Made by a program: the position numbers and the translations under genes
The notes under the pieces: generated by a model
What the model was told of the DNA's origin: nothing
The model's input: the letters and a program-made list of their open reading frames with translations, nothing else
The model's database searches: none
DNA from: Phycisphaerales bacterium
GTDB lineage: Bacteria; Planctomycetota; Phycisphaerae; Phycisphaerales; UBA1924
DNA: 52,275 bases
Assembly (NCBI GenBank): GCA_041750235.1
Contig: JBGSZV010000258.1
Span: 1-52,275 of the forward strand
Direction of reading: 5' to 3'
Part shown: in pieces, positions 1-9,031 of the stretch
How the letters are laid out: each line of letters opens with the position of its first letter
Position numbering within the stretch: position 1 is the stretch's first letter

Positions 1-197
1 ATCGCGCCTAATGGCGCGACCGCGCCGGCAATGCCGTCGGCGGCGTCGTTGGCCGCGAACCAGAGGAAGCGGCGGTGTACGCGCTGGCCCAGATGCGCCG
101 CGCCACCCTGCTCGTTCCGACGCCCTGAGGCCCGCAAGGCCCGTCACTCGCCCGATTTGACGTCCGGCCCCACGCCCGTAGACTTCGCCACTCGACC

Positions 198-272
198 GGC
201 CCCATCGTCTAGCCCGGTCTAGGACGCCAGGTTCTCATCCTGGAAACCGGGGTTCGAATCCCCGTGGGGTCA
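198..272 (+). tRNA. tRNA-Glu (anticodon CUC), 75 nt, CCA not encoded
   Basis: Cloverleaf folded by hand. Acceptor GGCCCCA/TGGGGTC (one G-U), D stem GTCT/GGAC, anticodon stem CCAGG/CCTGG with loop TTCTCAT (anticodon CTC), T stem CGGGG/CCCCG with loop TTCGAAT, discriminator A. Confidence 0.9.
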
Positions 273-347
273 TTGTCCCTTGAGATAGATACGTACATAT
301 CCCCCGCCACGCGGGGACGTCGTATCTGTGGAATCAGCAATCGGCCA
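263..347 (+). repeat. Direct repeat copy R1: tRNA 3' end (cgtggggtca), 14-nt spacer, 41-nt hairpin (287-327), conserved right flank
   Basis: Hairpin AGATACG..CCCCGC-cac-GCGGGG..CGTATCT. The same layout recurs at 25205-25281 and 38986-39059. Confidence 0.85.
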
Positions 348-359
348 AGTCGCCGCAAG

Positions 360-403
360 CAGGCAGAGTTTGTCGTGCGAGAAACCCTGCCTGTTCTCGT
401 TTT
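360..403 (+). terminator. Possible intrinsic terminator (plus-strand orientation)
   Basis: Stem CAGGCAG(a)GTTT / AAAC(c)CTGCCTG with a 10-nt loop, followed by TTCTCGTTTT. Confidence 0.35.
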
Positions 404-406
404 GGA

Positions 407-2395
407 TCACGCCTTCACGGCGATCTGAACACTACACAAAGCTTGCGCATCTGATTTCGCGCCGCCCATCACGATCGGCACACGCCGGATGTGCAACTTC
501 GCCCTTCCCGTGTCGCGGTCGTAGTTGATCGATTCGACGCAGCGCCGGATCGCCGCCTGCCGTTCGTTCACCGCGCCCTCCTTCAACAGACCATCCAAGC
601 ACGCCACGAACCGTGCGGTGTCGTCGATCAGCGCCTTGATCTCCTCGCGACCGAGCGATGCGTGCTCCAGTTCATCCCGTTCGTGCTCCAGCAACTCACG
701 CTCGCGCTGGAGCTCCTTCAGCCGTGCGTCCACAGCCGCTCGGTTCCCCGCCGTGATGTTGTCGAGCAGGTTCCGAGTCGTGAGTTCGAGCTTGTTGATC
801 GCGTGCTCGATCTCCGCGCCGCGCTCAATCGCCCGCTCGCGTTCCGAGCCGATCGACTCCCCCACCGCTCCCGCCAACGCCTTGCGGCCGTGATCGCCCG
901 TGAACGGCTCGTAGGCCTTCAGGACGGCTCGGATTACCGCCTCCTCAATCGCCGCCTGCGGCACCGCACCCCGCTTGCAGACACTTCGACCCCGCCGGAT
1001 GTAGCCGCCGCAGGCGTAGCAGTAGCACTTGGCGCGTGGCGATCCGTCCTTGGGCTTCGCGCCGCTGGGATCGATACAACCCTCATAGCGACTCTGGCAA
1101 TGAGCGCACCGGATCAGACCCGACAGGAGGAACCGTGACCGAGGGCCGGTCCAACCGCCGGTCACCCGCTGATCCGACGTTGGATCCCCAGCGCTCGCGA
1201 TCGCGGCCTGCTGCATGAGTGCCTTCGCCTCATGGAACACGCGACGCGGCACCAGCGCGGGGTGAGCGTCTTGGGTCACCAGCCAGTCGGCCTCGTCGTT
1301 GGGTTCCAGCCGACGACCGTTCTTGCCTCCGATTGCCTTGCGTTCGATGGCTCGACCGTCGCCCGCGATGCGGAAGAATCGAGCATCAGTTCTTCGGTTC
1401 CACGCAAGGTCCCCCGAGTACGCCGGGTTGAGGAGGATGGCCCGGACCGTCGTCATCGCCCATTGCCCGCTGTAGTGGCCCGACCATTCCGGGCCACGCG
1501 CCGTCGGCACGCCCTTGCGATTGAGGTGGTCCGCGATGGCTTTCAGACCCTTGCGCTCCTCGACATAGAGCCGGAAGATCAGCTTGACGGTCTTCACCCG
1601 TTCCTTATCGCTGGGCACCAGCGTGCAGCGGTCGCGCTTCGAGACCGCGATGGATTCACCCCGAGCGAGGATGCGGACCGGTTCTCCCTTCTCGTTGAGC
1701 ATCTGCTTGGTGCCGTCGCGTTCGTACCGGAGGAAGAACAGGAACTGGCCGCTCTGGCTCTCATAGCAAAGGTCGAATCCGAACGGCGGTGCGCCGCCCA
1801 TCCAGAAGCCGCCCGCTTTGTCGCCGTTGGCGTGCTTGGCGATGGTCGCCTTGGAGACCAGCCCTCGGATCGCCACCTTGGCGAGGTCCTTGGACTCCTG
1901 CCGTGCCTGCCATTGCTTGACGGGACGGAGCAGGTCGTCGGTGCCGTCGCCGGTGAAGCCCTCGCTGGCGTAGTGGACCTCGACGCCTGATTGCCGCAGG
2001 AGATGCCTGTAGTAGCCCGCCTCGTCATTGCCGACACGCCCGAAGCGCTTCACGTCGTAGACCACCACGACGCTGAAGTCACAGCCAGGTGCGGCGGCGT
2101 CGGCCATCATCTGCTGGAAAGCCTTACGGCCGATCGTGCTGGTGCCGCTGATGGCGTCGTCGACGTAGCACCGGAGGAGCCGCAGGCCGTTCTCCTCGGC
2201 GTAGCGTTCGACAGCGCGCTTCTGGTCCGGGATCGACTGCTCCTGGCGGTCGGTGGATCGGCGCAGGTAGCCGACGGCACGAGTCGCACGGTGTGGCGTT
2301 GGGCCACGGCTGCGTGGTCGCTTGGATTCGCTGGCGTCAAACGGTAGGTCGCCGGTCTCGCCGTCCGTGATCTGGATGCTGGAATGTTTGCCCAT
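407..2395 (-). CDS. Large serine recombinase (resolvase/invertase N-terminal domain + recombinase domain + zinc ribbon + coiled coil)
   Basis: N-terminal YLRRSTDRQ catalytic-Ser motif, Cys-rich ribbon (CAHCQSRYEG...CYCYACGG) and a long C-terminal coiled-coil-like region. 662 aa. SD GAGGAGG lies upstream of the ATG. Confidence 0.9.
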   Translation of the reverse strand: MGKHSSIQITDGETGDLPFDASESKRPRSRGPTPHRATRAVGYLRRSTDRQEQSIPDQKRAVERYAEENGLRLLRCYVDDAISGTSTIGRKAFQQMMADAAAPGCDFSVVVVYDVKRFGRVGNDEAGYYRHLLRQSGVEVHYASEGFTGDGTDDLLRPVKQWQARQESKDLAKVAIRGLVSKATIAKHANGDKAGGFWMGGAPPFGFDLCYESQSGQFLFFLRYERDGTKQMLNEKGEPVRILARGESIAVSKRDRCTLVPSDKERVKTVKLIFRLYVEERKGLKAIADHLNRKGVPTARGPEWSGHYSGQWAMTTVRAILLNPAYSGDLAWNRRTDARFFRIAGDGRAIERKAIGGKNGRRLEPNDEADWLVTQDAHPALVPRRVFHEAKALMQQAAIASAGDPTSDQRVTGGWTGPRSRFLLSGLIRCAHCQSRYEGCIDPSGAKPKDGSPRAKCYCYACGGYIRRGRSVCKRGAVPQAAIEEAVIRAVLKAYEPFTGDHGRKALAGAVGESIGSERERAIERGAEIEHAINKLELTTRNLLDNITAGNRAAVDARLKELQRERELLEHERDELEHASLGREEIKALIDDTARFVACLDGLLKEGAVNERQAAIRRCVESINYDRDTGRAKLHIRRVPIVMGGAKSDAQALCSVQIAVKA

Positions 2396-2403
2396 CGATA
2401 CCT

Positions 2404-2450
2404 CCTCAACGGCCGTTCGAAAGACCGTTGAGGCGTATCAGGGCGTATCT
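2404..2450 (-). promoter_or_regulatory. 5' leader of the recombinase gene: 9-bp hairpin overlapping the SD, plus tandem GGCGTATC repeats
   Basis: CCTCAACGG (2404-2412) pairs with CCGTTGAGG (2425-2433). On the minus-strand mRNA the 3' arm overlaps GAGGAGG. GGCGTATCA/GGGCGTATCT are tandem at 2432-2450. Confidence 0.4.
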
Positions 2451-2761
2451 CGGGCCGGATAGCGAGGCGATGAATACCTAATCCGATGAGGCACGCGCGT
2501 GTTGGCGTGGATTTGAACGGAAACGGTGGACCTGGTGCTGACCGATCCGCCGTATGGGATCGGGTACGAGAGGCGCCGGTCAAACAGCAGGTCCATCCCC
2601 GCCACCTCGGCCACCGAGTACCCCTCGGCGGTCAGATACTCCACGCACGCGCGGCGGTCTTCGATGGCCAGCGAACTGCCCGCCAGAGAGCCCGCACGCA
2701 GCTGCTGGATCAGTTCCATGACCGGCTTGGCGCTCGGCTGCGCCGTCGATGAACTGCTCAT
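2438..2761 (-). CDS. Small hypothetical protein, translationally coupled to the ParB-methylase; C-terminal third probably not native
   Basis: Its ATG overlaps the upstream stop (ATGA at 2758-2761). The N-terminal 60 aa look protein-like. Beyond about 2580 the frame reads the antisense of a methylase-motif relic. Confidence 0.4.
   Translation of the reverse strand: MSSSSTAQPSAKPVMELIQQLRAGSLAGSSLAIEDRRACVEYLTAEGYSVAEVAGMDLLFDRRLSYPIPYGGSVSTRSTVSVQIHANTRVPHRIRYSSPRYPARDTP
2526..2570 (+). pseudogene. Isolated DNA methyltransferase motif IV relic (VDLVLTDPPYGIGYE)
   Basis: A 15-codon stretch matches the consensus DPPY motif. It is preceded by an in-frame stop at 2514-2516 and followed by non-protein-like sequence. 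Confidence 0.35.
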
Positions 2762-4176
2762 GCGGCCTCGCTCCGCGCCGGCTCATCGAGCTTGTAGCGC
2801 TTGACGAGATCGGCGGGGGCTCTGGCCTCCCCCACTGTTGCGATCCAACGTCGCACGATGACGTCGCAGTACACCGGGCTGATCTCGATGGCGGCGCAGC
2901 GCCGGCCGAGGCGCTCAGCGGCGATGAGCTGGCTGCCCGAGCCGCAGAAGGGCTCGTAGATGAGCGCATTGGGCAGCGTGTGCTGTCTGATCGGGATCTC
3001 GAAGAGCTGCAATGGCTTGCTGGTGGGATGCTCGGTGGGCGCACCGACGGGAATCGTCGGCACCTGCCAGACGCTCGGCAGCACATCGACGGCTCTTCGT
3101 GGGGGCTTGTTGGGCCGGATCCAGCCCATCAGGCACGGCTCGTGCTGCCACGAGTACCAGCTCCTGGTCAGGATCGGCCGGTCCTTGCACCAGATGATCT
3201 GCTGGTGCACGAATGCCCCGTGTTTGGTCCAGACTTCCTCGAGCATCGCCTGACGCCGGGAAGCGTGCCAGCAGTACCAGGCTGCGTCCTTGGTGATCGC
3301 TTCCGCGATCGCGACCGCGATGAACTTGTCGTAGAGGTCTGGGTTGGCATCGAAGTCGTCCCACGTGATGCCGTAGGTGCCGGACCAGTCCTTGTTGGCG
3401 TCCGCCTTGGGCGGCGGAGCCGTTGATCGCTTCGCAGCAACAGTGGTTGATCGCTTCTTCTCGATTCGCGATCGAAGATCCGCCGTGGCGGACTCGAGAT
3501 TCGCTGCTCGGGGCTTCTTCTTGGAAGCAGGGTGGTTCATCCCGTCGTATCCGACCAGGTACGGCGGGTCCGTTGAGAACAGGATCGCGCGGGTGCCGAA
3601 CTCCTTGATCAGCTTCCGCACCTGCTTGGCGTCGGTGCAGTCGCCGCAGAGCAGGCGGTGCTGACCGAGCGCCAGCATCTCGCCGGGTTTGGTGACCGGC
3701 TTGCGCTGGTGCGCGGCGGCCATCTCGGCCTCGACGTCGAAGTTCTCCGGCTGGTCGTCGCCGAGGATCTCCGCGATCAGGTCTCGTGCCTCCGGCATAT
3801 CGAAGCCCGTCAACGTGAGGTCGAAGTCCGGCAGGTGGATCAGCTCATCGAGCAGCTCCGCCAGCTTGGTCTCGTCCCATGCGCCCGCGATCTTGTTGAG
3901 GGCGAGGTTGAGGGCTTTTTCGCGCTCGATGGGGAGGTCGACGACGCTGACTTGGGCGTCTTTGGCCCCTTGGGCGAGCAGGACCTTGAACCGCTGGTGG
4001 CCGCCGACAAGGTGGCCGGTGCGCTTGTTCCAGACCAAGGGCTCCACGCAGCCGAACTCGTCGAGGCTCTTCTTGAGCTTCTCGTACTCGGGGTCGCCGG
4101 GCTGGAGGTCCTTGCGGGGGTTGTACGGCGCGCAGTTGATGCGCGAACACGCGATCGATTGGATGCGCATGAACAA
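2758..4176 (-). CDS. ParB-like nuclease domain fused to an N4/N6 DNA methyltransferase
   Basis: N-terminal ParB-like segment (CVEPLVWNKRTGHLVGGHQRFKVL), motif IV STDPPYLVGYDG and motif I EPFCGSGSQLIAAE. 472 aa. Confidence 0.85.
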   Translation of the reverse strand: MFMRIQSIACSRINCAPYNPRKDLQPGDPEYEKLKKSLDEFGCVEPLVWNKRTGHLVGGHQRFKVLLAQGAKDAQVSVVDLPIEREKALNLALNKIAGAWDETKLAELLDELIHLPDFDLTLTGFDMPEARDLIAEILGDDQPENFDVEAEMAAAHQRKPVTKPGEMLALGQHRLLCGDCTDAKQVRKLIKEFGTRAILFSTDPPYLVGYDGMNHPASKKKPRAANLESATADLRSRIEKKRSTTVAAKRSTAPPPKADANKDWSGTYGITWDDFDANPDLYDKFIAVAIAEAITKDAAWYCWHASRRQAMLEEVWTKHGAFVHQQIIWCKDRPILTRSWYSWQHEPCLMGWIRPNKPPRRAVDVLPSVWQVPTIPVGAPTEHPTSKPLQLFEIPIRQHTLPNALIYEPFCGSGSQLIAAERLGRRCAAIEISPVYCDVIVRRWIATVGEARAPADLVKRYKLDEPARSEAA

Positions 4177-4432
4177 TGGTCCTGATGAGGATGGGGGTGG
4201 TTCAGCTTGTCGTCGATCGGCCGCGATGAACCGATCGGGCAGGCGCCACGCTGGCGACGTTGTGCAGACGTCGCACTCTGACTTCCTCTATCGCGTCAAG
4301 GAATTAAATCCGTCATCGGCAATGTGATCGTGCACTCCTGAACAATTTCTCTATGAGAAACCCCAGCTTCGAGATTTGTGCCGCCGAGCGTGTCCTGTTG
4401 GCTACTCACTTCAACGCGGCCAAGGTGGCGAT

Positions 4433-5017
4433 CTAGGCATCCGCAGTGCTCGTCGCCGGCGTCTTATAGCTTGGGTTTCGCGTAACGACACCGGCCATCC
4501 GGATAGGATCAAGAACTCCAGCGACGACTGCAGCAAACTGACAGATCTCGAGCGCACACCCGTGAGGGTCATATAGCAGTTGGTCGAACGGCACCCGCAA
4601 CACGTCCACACTGATCCTGGGATTGCGGAGAGTGTTCTCCATCTCGTCACGCTGGGTCCGGTAGCGAGCGCGGATCTTGGCGTGGCTGACGCGGATTCCG
4701 ATGATTGCGTGCTGGGTAGCAACCACATCTTCAATGGAACGCTGCATCAGGATGACGCGGTAGGACCTCTGGCGTCCCATCCAATGCAGCAGCCCATGGG
4801 GGACTTCGAGCACTTGATCCGGGCGATGTTCATCGCCCAAATGGTGACCCCGCAACGCTCCTACTCCGATGAGGCCGTCGGGATCGACATGCTGGACATC
4901 GGATCCGCCCGCCTTAAGCATGCTGACCATGAGCGATACACCGGTGCGCGGAAGTCCAGTCACGAGCACTACGGGGCTCTTTGTCGAAGGTGCCAATTCT
5001 GATCGCGTGGCATTCAT
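4433..5017 (-). CDS. Sulfotransferase-family protein (putative)
   Basis: N-terminal P-loop-like PAPS motif VLVTGLPRTGVSL. Visibly lower GC than its neighbours. Confidence 0.5.
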   Translation of the reverse strand: MNATRSELAPSTKSPVVLVTGLPRTGVSLMVSMLKAGGSDVQHVDPDGLIGVGALRGHHLGDEHRPDQVLEVPHGLLHWMGRQRSYRVILMQRSIEDVVATQHAIIGIRVSHAKIRARYRTQRDEMENTLRNPRISVDVLRVPFDQLLYDPHGCALEICQFAAVVAGVLDPIRMAGVVTRNPSYKTPATSTADA

Positions 5018-5224
5018 GGAATTGACTTTCAGAGAGCATATGCGTCGGGAACTAGATGTGCGCTGCAGTTCACAAAGCTGATTTTACGCCGTGAGAATCA
5101 CGGTTTATCCGCAAATGGAACGACCAAAAGGCACCTGAGAACTTGCGACTTGCCCACATTCAGAGCCCTTCCGAGCGCGCCATTGTGGGCAACCGCCCAC
5201 ATGCGCCGATTCACGAAATAGCCC

Positions 5225-5638
5225 TTGATGTTCAGGCCACCTGACGCCCTAGTGGTGGTCATGGAACGCCACAGCAAGCCAACGGAGCAAGACGCCATGC
5301 ACACCTGCACGCCGCACGAACTCGACCCGGGCGAGATCCTGGACACCCTTGCCATGAAGCGCACCGAACCCCGCCGCATGGGCGTCGGGGGTGTCTGGGT
5401 CAGCGGCACCATCGCCGGTCACCGCTTCGAGGCGCTGGTCTTCCCCGAACACGCCGCTGACCCGGGCTTCGAGCTTGAAGGCAGCCGGATCTCCAAGCTC
5501 TGGCTCGCCATTGCCCCACGGGGCGACACCGTCGCCTGCTTCGATCGCGGGTGGGACCTCCAGCCGACCACCCCCGCCGCGGCCGTGATCGTCGACCTGT
5601 TCATCGCCGGGCTTGCCGAGCACGTCTTCGGTCGCTGA
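5225..5638 (+). CDS. Hypothetical protein (start uncertain; alternative ATGs at 5261 and 5297)
   Basis: ORF with protein-like composition. No motif recognised. Confidence 0.4.
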   Translation: MMFRPPDALVVVMERHSKPTEQDAMHTCTPHELDPGEILDTLAMKRTEPRRMGVGGVWVSGTIAGHRFEALVFPEHAADPGFELEGSRISKLWLAIAPRGDTVACFDRGWDLQPTTPAAAVIVDLFIAGLAEHVFGR

Positions 5639-5743
5639 TCGGCGAACGCCTCGAACCACCCCCCACTGCCAGCCGGGAGACCGGGTGCACGGTGATTGCG
5701 CGCCGCAGCGTGCGGCGCGAGTCTCGAAGCATGGAGAAGTGTC

Positions 5744-6256
5744 ATGAGCAGCAAGAAGTCCAAGTCGGCCCCCCAGTCCAAGCCCGCCAAGAGCGCCAAG
5801 CCTGCCAAGGCGGAGGCGACCGTCAAGAAGCCCGATGTCGCGATCGCCGCCACTGAGAAGTCACGCAAGGCCGTGATCGACTCGATCCAGGCACGGTTGG
5901 ACGGCAAGACGTCGCCGCCCAAGGCAACCCCCGTGGCCAAGGTGGCCGGGGGGGCGAAGCGAGGGAATAAGGCTCCCAAGAACGAGATCGCGCCCAAGGG
6001 TGGCCCCAAAGCCAAGCGGTCGCGGCTGAGCGCGCTCGACGCGGCGGCGCAGGTCATCGCCAAGGCGGGCAAGCCGATGCGCGTCCAGGACCTGGTGGAC
6101 GCGATGGCAACCAGCGGTCTCTGGAAGAGCCCGGGCGGCAAGACCCCTGCTGCCACCCTGTCAGCGGCGATCGGGCGCGAGATCAAGACGCTGGGGTCCA
6201 AGGCGCGGTTTAAAAAAGCAGAACGCGGGCTGTTCACGACTGTGAAGCAAAGTTGA
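5744..6256 (+). CDS. Lys/Ala/Pro-rich (histone H1-like) tail fused to a HARE-HTH-type winged helix
   Basis: MSSKKSKSAPQSKPAKSAKPAK low-complexity N-terminus. The C-terminus LSALDAAAQVIAKAGKPMRVQDLVDAM...KTPAATLSAAIGREI...RFKKAERGLFT resembles HARE-HTH. Internal ATG chosen at 5744. Confidence 0.6.
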   Translation: MSSKKSKSAPQSKPAKSAKPAKAEATVKKPDVAIAATEKSRKAVIDSIQARLDGKTSPPKATPVAKVAGGAKRGNKAPKNEIAPKGGPKAKRSRLSALDAAAQVIAKAGKPMRVQDLVDAMATSGLWKSPGGKTPAATLSAAIGREIKTLGSKARFKKAERGLFTTVKQS

Positions 6257-6285
6257 ATCCAAGCAAATGCAAAGGCCCCTGAACG

Positions 6286-6310
6286 AACGCCCGGATCTAG
6301 CCCGGGCGTT
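6286..6310 (+). terminator. Intrinsic terminator hairpin after the HARE-HTH gene
   Basis: AACGCCCGG / CCGGGCGTT 9-bp stem with a 7-nt loop, followed by TCTTACT. Confidence 0.5.
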
Positions 6311-6456
6311 TCTTACTCGGGGTGCAGTGCCGATCGTTGTTCGGTGACCACCGAAATGCCGGAACGGCAAGATGAACAACTTCGCCGCGTTCTCCGCAAA
6401 GTCCGGCTGCGTTAGAGTGGTGGTTCGCCGCGTAAACTGCCGCTTGTCGGCGGAAC

Positions 6457-8337
6457 TCAGGCCGCGATTCGCACCGTATCACATCCGTTTAGAGCGTTGA
6501 CGGCTGCAATGAATCGAGAAACGGGGGTCGGAGTGCTGAGCACCTGCCATTTCCGAGCGCCGATTGCGCCATCGTCCAAGACAACTTGGCCCGCCGGCGA
6601 CAGCATCAAAGTCGGTAGCTCTCTGACTCCAGCCTGCTGCTCCGCACTGACAAGTAGTTCAGCCAACACGCCGCGTTCCTTGGCAGCAGCGATATGAACT
6701 ACAGCAAGATTCGGTGGCTCTTCGCTCGTTGGTTCGGACAGTTCTCTACAGAAGATCCGATACGCATCAATCTCTGGAGCAGCGCTGACGTACAGAGGCC
6801 TGAACGGTACGGTCAACGTCGCTCGGAGTTGCTCAGATCGACGGGGCCAAGGCTCTCCGGTCGCATGCGACATCAGCGCGAACTTGGTGTCATCTGTCTG
6901 CTCTCGCGCCGACTCCTCAATCGCCCGGATCGTCGCGGGCGAAATGTTCAGAGCGCGGCAATGTTCCTCTGTCGGATACGTCGTCTCATTGCCGCTAGTT
7001 CCAAGGAGCATCGCGTGAGCAAGTCGATTGGCCAGACCCAGCCGCAGAATCTCCGACACCCGCGATGGCGCGACGCCTCGTACGTTCCCCGCAGAGAGGT
7101 GGTGGTACATGATCGGTTCCACCAAGTGCTTCGGGAACTTCCAGGCGTTCAACAACCGGTCCATCACGTCGGCGTGATTGAGGAGCAGCATGCGGGACTC
7201 GACCAACTCCAGCGGGGATTGGAGGCGTCGAGCAGTTTCAATGACCCGGATGTACTGGTCTCCCAACGCCTCGGCGAAGATGACTCGACCGAGGTCATGG
7301 AGCAGACCGCTCGTAAATGCGGAGTCCGCCTCAGTCGCGTTCGTAGCGTGAGCGATCTCCGCCGCGATAATGCCGCACGCAATCGAGTGCTCCCAGAACT
7401 GCGTCGTGCTCACATGCTCCTTAAACGCCGGCGAGTTGAAACGCTCGACGACGCCGATGTTCAGCACCGTCTGGCGGATGCTCTCCATGCCGATTCGAAG
7501 GATGGCCTTCTGAACGTTGTCCACGCGATCCCCGCGTGAGTACACAGACGAGTTGGCGATCTTCAGGATCTTGAGAGCCATCGCCTGGTCTTGCCTCACG
7601 GCTTTCGACACAGCCTCCAATGAACCTTTCGGGCTCGCGGTGAGCTTGAGGACTTGGGCAACCGTGGGCGAGAAACCCTTCAATTCCTCGCACGCCTTCA
7701 ATCGTTCCATGAGGTCCGAGCGGGTCAGGATCGGCTTCAAAGACTTGATGTCAATGGCGGCCGCGTTCTCACGCTCGCTCTCGGACAGACACCGCGCGAC
7801 GCACTGCTGCGCAGGCGGAACCATCGATGCCGCAGGCAACTCGTCGTTGCCAACGGGGGGAGCGACCTGCCGGGAGCCGGTCGATGGCGACATGGAGACT
7901 TTCGGAGTCTTCACCGGTGCTGCCGCAGCGGCGGTCGGCGCGGGAGCCGCATTCTCCGGCACAGCCGTGGCCGGGGCGAGCGTGGCCCGCACCTTTTCCA
8001 GCATTGCCCTGAGTGAGAAGCCGGACTTGAGCATGTAGCCAGAGATGCCGAGCTTCACTGCCTCGGTGATCTGAGCGCGGTCAGATTCGGCTGAGAGGAC
8101 GATCACCGGAGTCAGCCTGAGCAACGGGTTTGTGCGCAGCGTTCGCAGAAAAGTGAGGCCATCCATCACCGGCATCCCTAGGTCAAGAAGCACAAGCGAA
8201 GGCCTCGCCACCGAGATCGCGGCCAGCGCTTCTTGGCCGTTACACGCGCTTGTCGTCTCAAATCCCTCGGCGCGCAACACCGCCTCAATAGGTTCCCGGA
8301 ATATGGGCATGTCGTCCACGATGAGGATCGCCGCCAT
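6457..8337 (-). CDS. Response regulator receiver domain fused to an HDOD domain
   Basis: N-terminal REC (ILIVDDMP...VLLDLGMPVMDG...K). Central HDOD-like segment (TVAQVLKLTASPKGSLEAVSKAVRQDQAMALKILKIANSSVY...GLLHDLG). Confidence 0.85.
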   Translation of the reverse strand: MAAILIVDDMPIFREPIEAVLRAEGFETTSACNGQEALAAISVARPSLVLLDLGMPVMDGLTFLRTLRTNPLLRLTPVIVLSAESDRAQITEAVKLGISGYMLKSGFSLRAMLEKVRATLAPATAVPENAAPAPTAAAAAPVKTPKVSMSPSTGSRQVAPPVGNDELPAASMVPPAQQCVARCLSESERENAAAIDIKSLKPILTRSDLMERLKACEELKGFSPTVAQVLKLTASPKGSLEAVSKAVRQDQAMALKILKIANSSVYSRGDRVDNVQKAILRIGMESIRQTVLNIGVVERFNSPAFKEHVSTTQFWEHSIACGIIAAEIAHATNATEADSAFTSGLLHDLGRVIFAEALGDQYIRVIETARRLQSPLELVESRMLLLNHADVMDRLLNAWKFPKHLVEPIMYHHLSAGNVRGVAPSRVSEILRLGLANRLAHAMLLGTSGNETTYPTEEHCRALNISPATIRAIEESAREQTDDTKFALMSHATGEPWPRRSEQLRATLTVPFRPLYVSAAPEIDAYRIFCRELSEPTSEEPPNLAVVHIAAAKERGVLAELLVSAEQQAGVRELPTLMLSPAGQVVLDDGAIGARKWQVLSTPTPVSRFIAAVNALNGCDTVRIAA

Positions 8338-8590
8338 GAAGAAAGCATCGGCTCGCGGGGTTCCTTATTGAAGTTCCTGATCCCTGGCCGCAGGAGTTGC
8401 GTGTGGACACGCAACCGATTCCGGACGCAGTTCCCGACCGCCGAGTCTCATTTACCGTGTTCTGCTTGCGTAGACCGCCTGATGGCGGTTCATGTTTCAT
8501 AATCTGCGGGCGCTGAGGATCTTCGGAGCAGAACGTCCAGCGCGTGATAGCTCACAGCCCTATCATCATTGAGACTATTCAGCACCCCCG

Positions 8591-9022
8591 ATGAAGGTTC
8601 AACGCTCTGGAAGGTACGCGATGGCAGTCGGAAAGGAGTCGAGCAACAACACGGTTCCTTCAAGCCCCGGTGAGGTCGCTCGTCCGCATGTCGCAGGGCC
8701 CGGCGTGGTTTCGGTGCGCTTCAGCATCGAGGAGTTCGCCACACCGCCGGTCCGTGATGCGCTGGTGCTGGGGAGGCGGTCACCGGTCGGGTGTATGGCG
8801 CTGCGGAAGGCGCTGGCGTTTCTCCACACCGCTCCCTTTGTACACATAGAAGTCGATGATGACACGGTCGCCGATATCGTGGTCCGTGAGTCGATCGTGC
8901 GGATCGTCGGGCGCGAGAAGCTCATCGCGCTGGTCCTCCACCGCGTCAAGCCGCTGATGACCGATCTGGACATCCTGCATCTGGACATCGAGGCCAAGCT
9001 GCACCTGGAGGCGGAAGTCTAG
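8591..9022 (+). CDS. Hypothetical protein, in the same frame as the downstream kinase and separated from it by a single TAG
   Basis: The ORF ends at TAG 9020-9022. The kinase ATG at 9032 is in the identical frame. Confidence 0.3.
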   Translation: MKVQRSGRYAMAVGKESSNNTVPSSPGEVARPHVAGPGVVSVRFSIEEFATPPVRDALVLGRRSPVGCMALRKALAFLHTAPFVHIEVDDDTVADIVVRESIVRIVGREKLIALVLHRVKPLMTDLDILHLDIEAKLHLEAEV

Positions 9023-9031
9023 GCCACGGCT

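Noticed and set aside
1-197. Possible partial CDS at the left edge (minus-strand frame open from about 137 to position 1, reading ...RNEQGGAAHLGQRVHRRFLWFAANDAADGIAGAVAPLGA; also track ORFs 8-205 and 31-222).
   Set aside because: Only a TTG could serve as start, there is no SD and no recognisable motif, and the opposite-strand frame has equally high GC3. The track ORFs run into the tRNA. The sequence is too short to call.
287-327. R1 hairpin as the intrinsic terminator of the tRNA-Glu gene.
   Set aside because: No U-tract follows the stem in any of the three copies. Copies R2 and R3 do not follow any plus-strand RNA gene.
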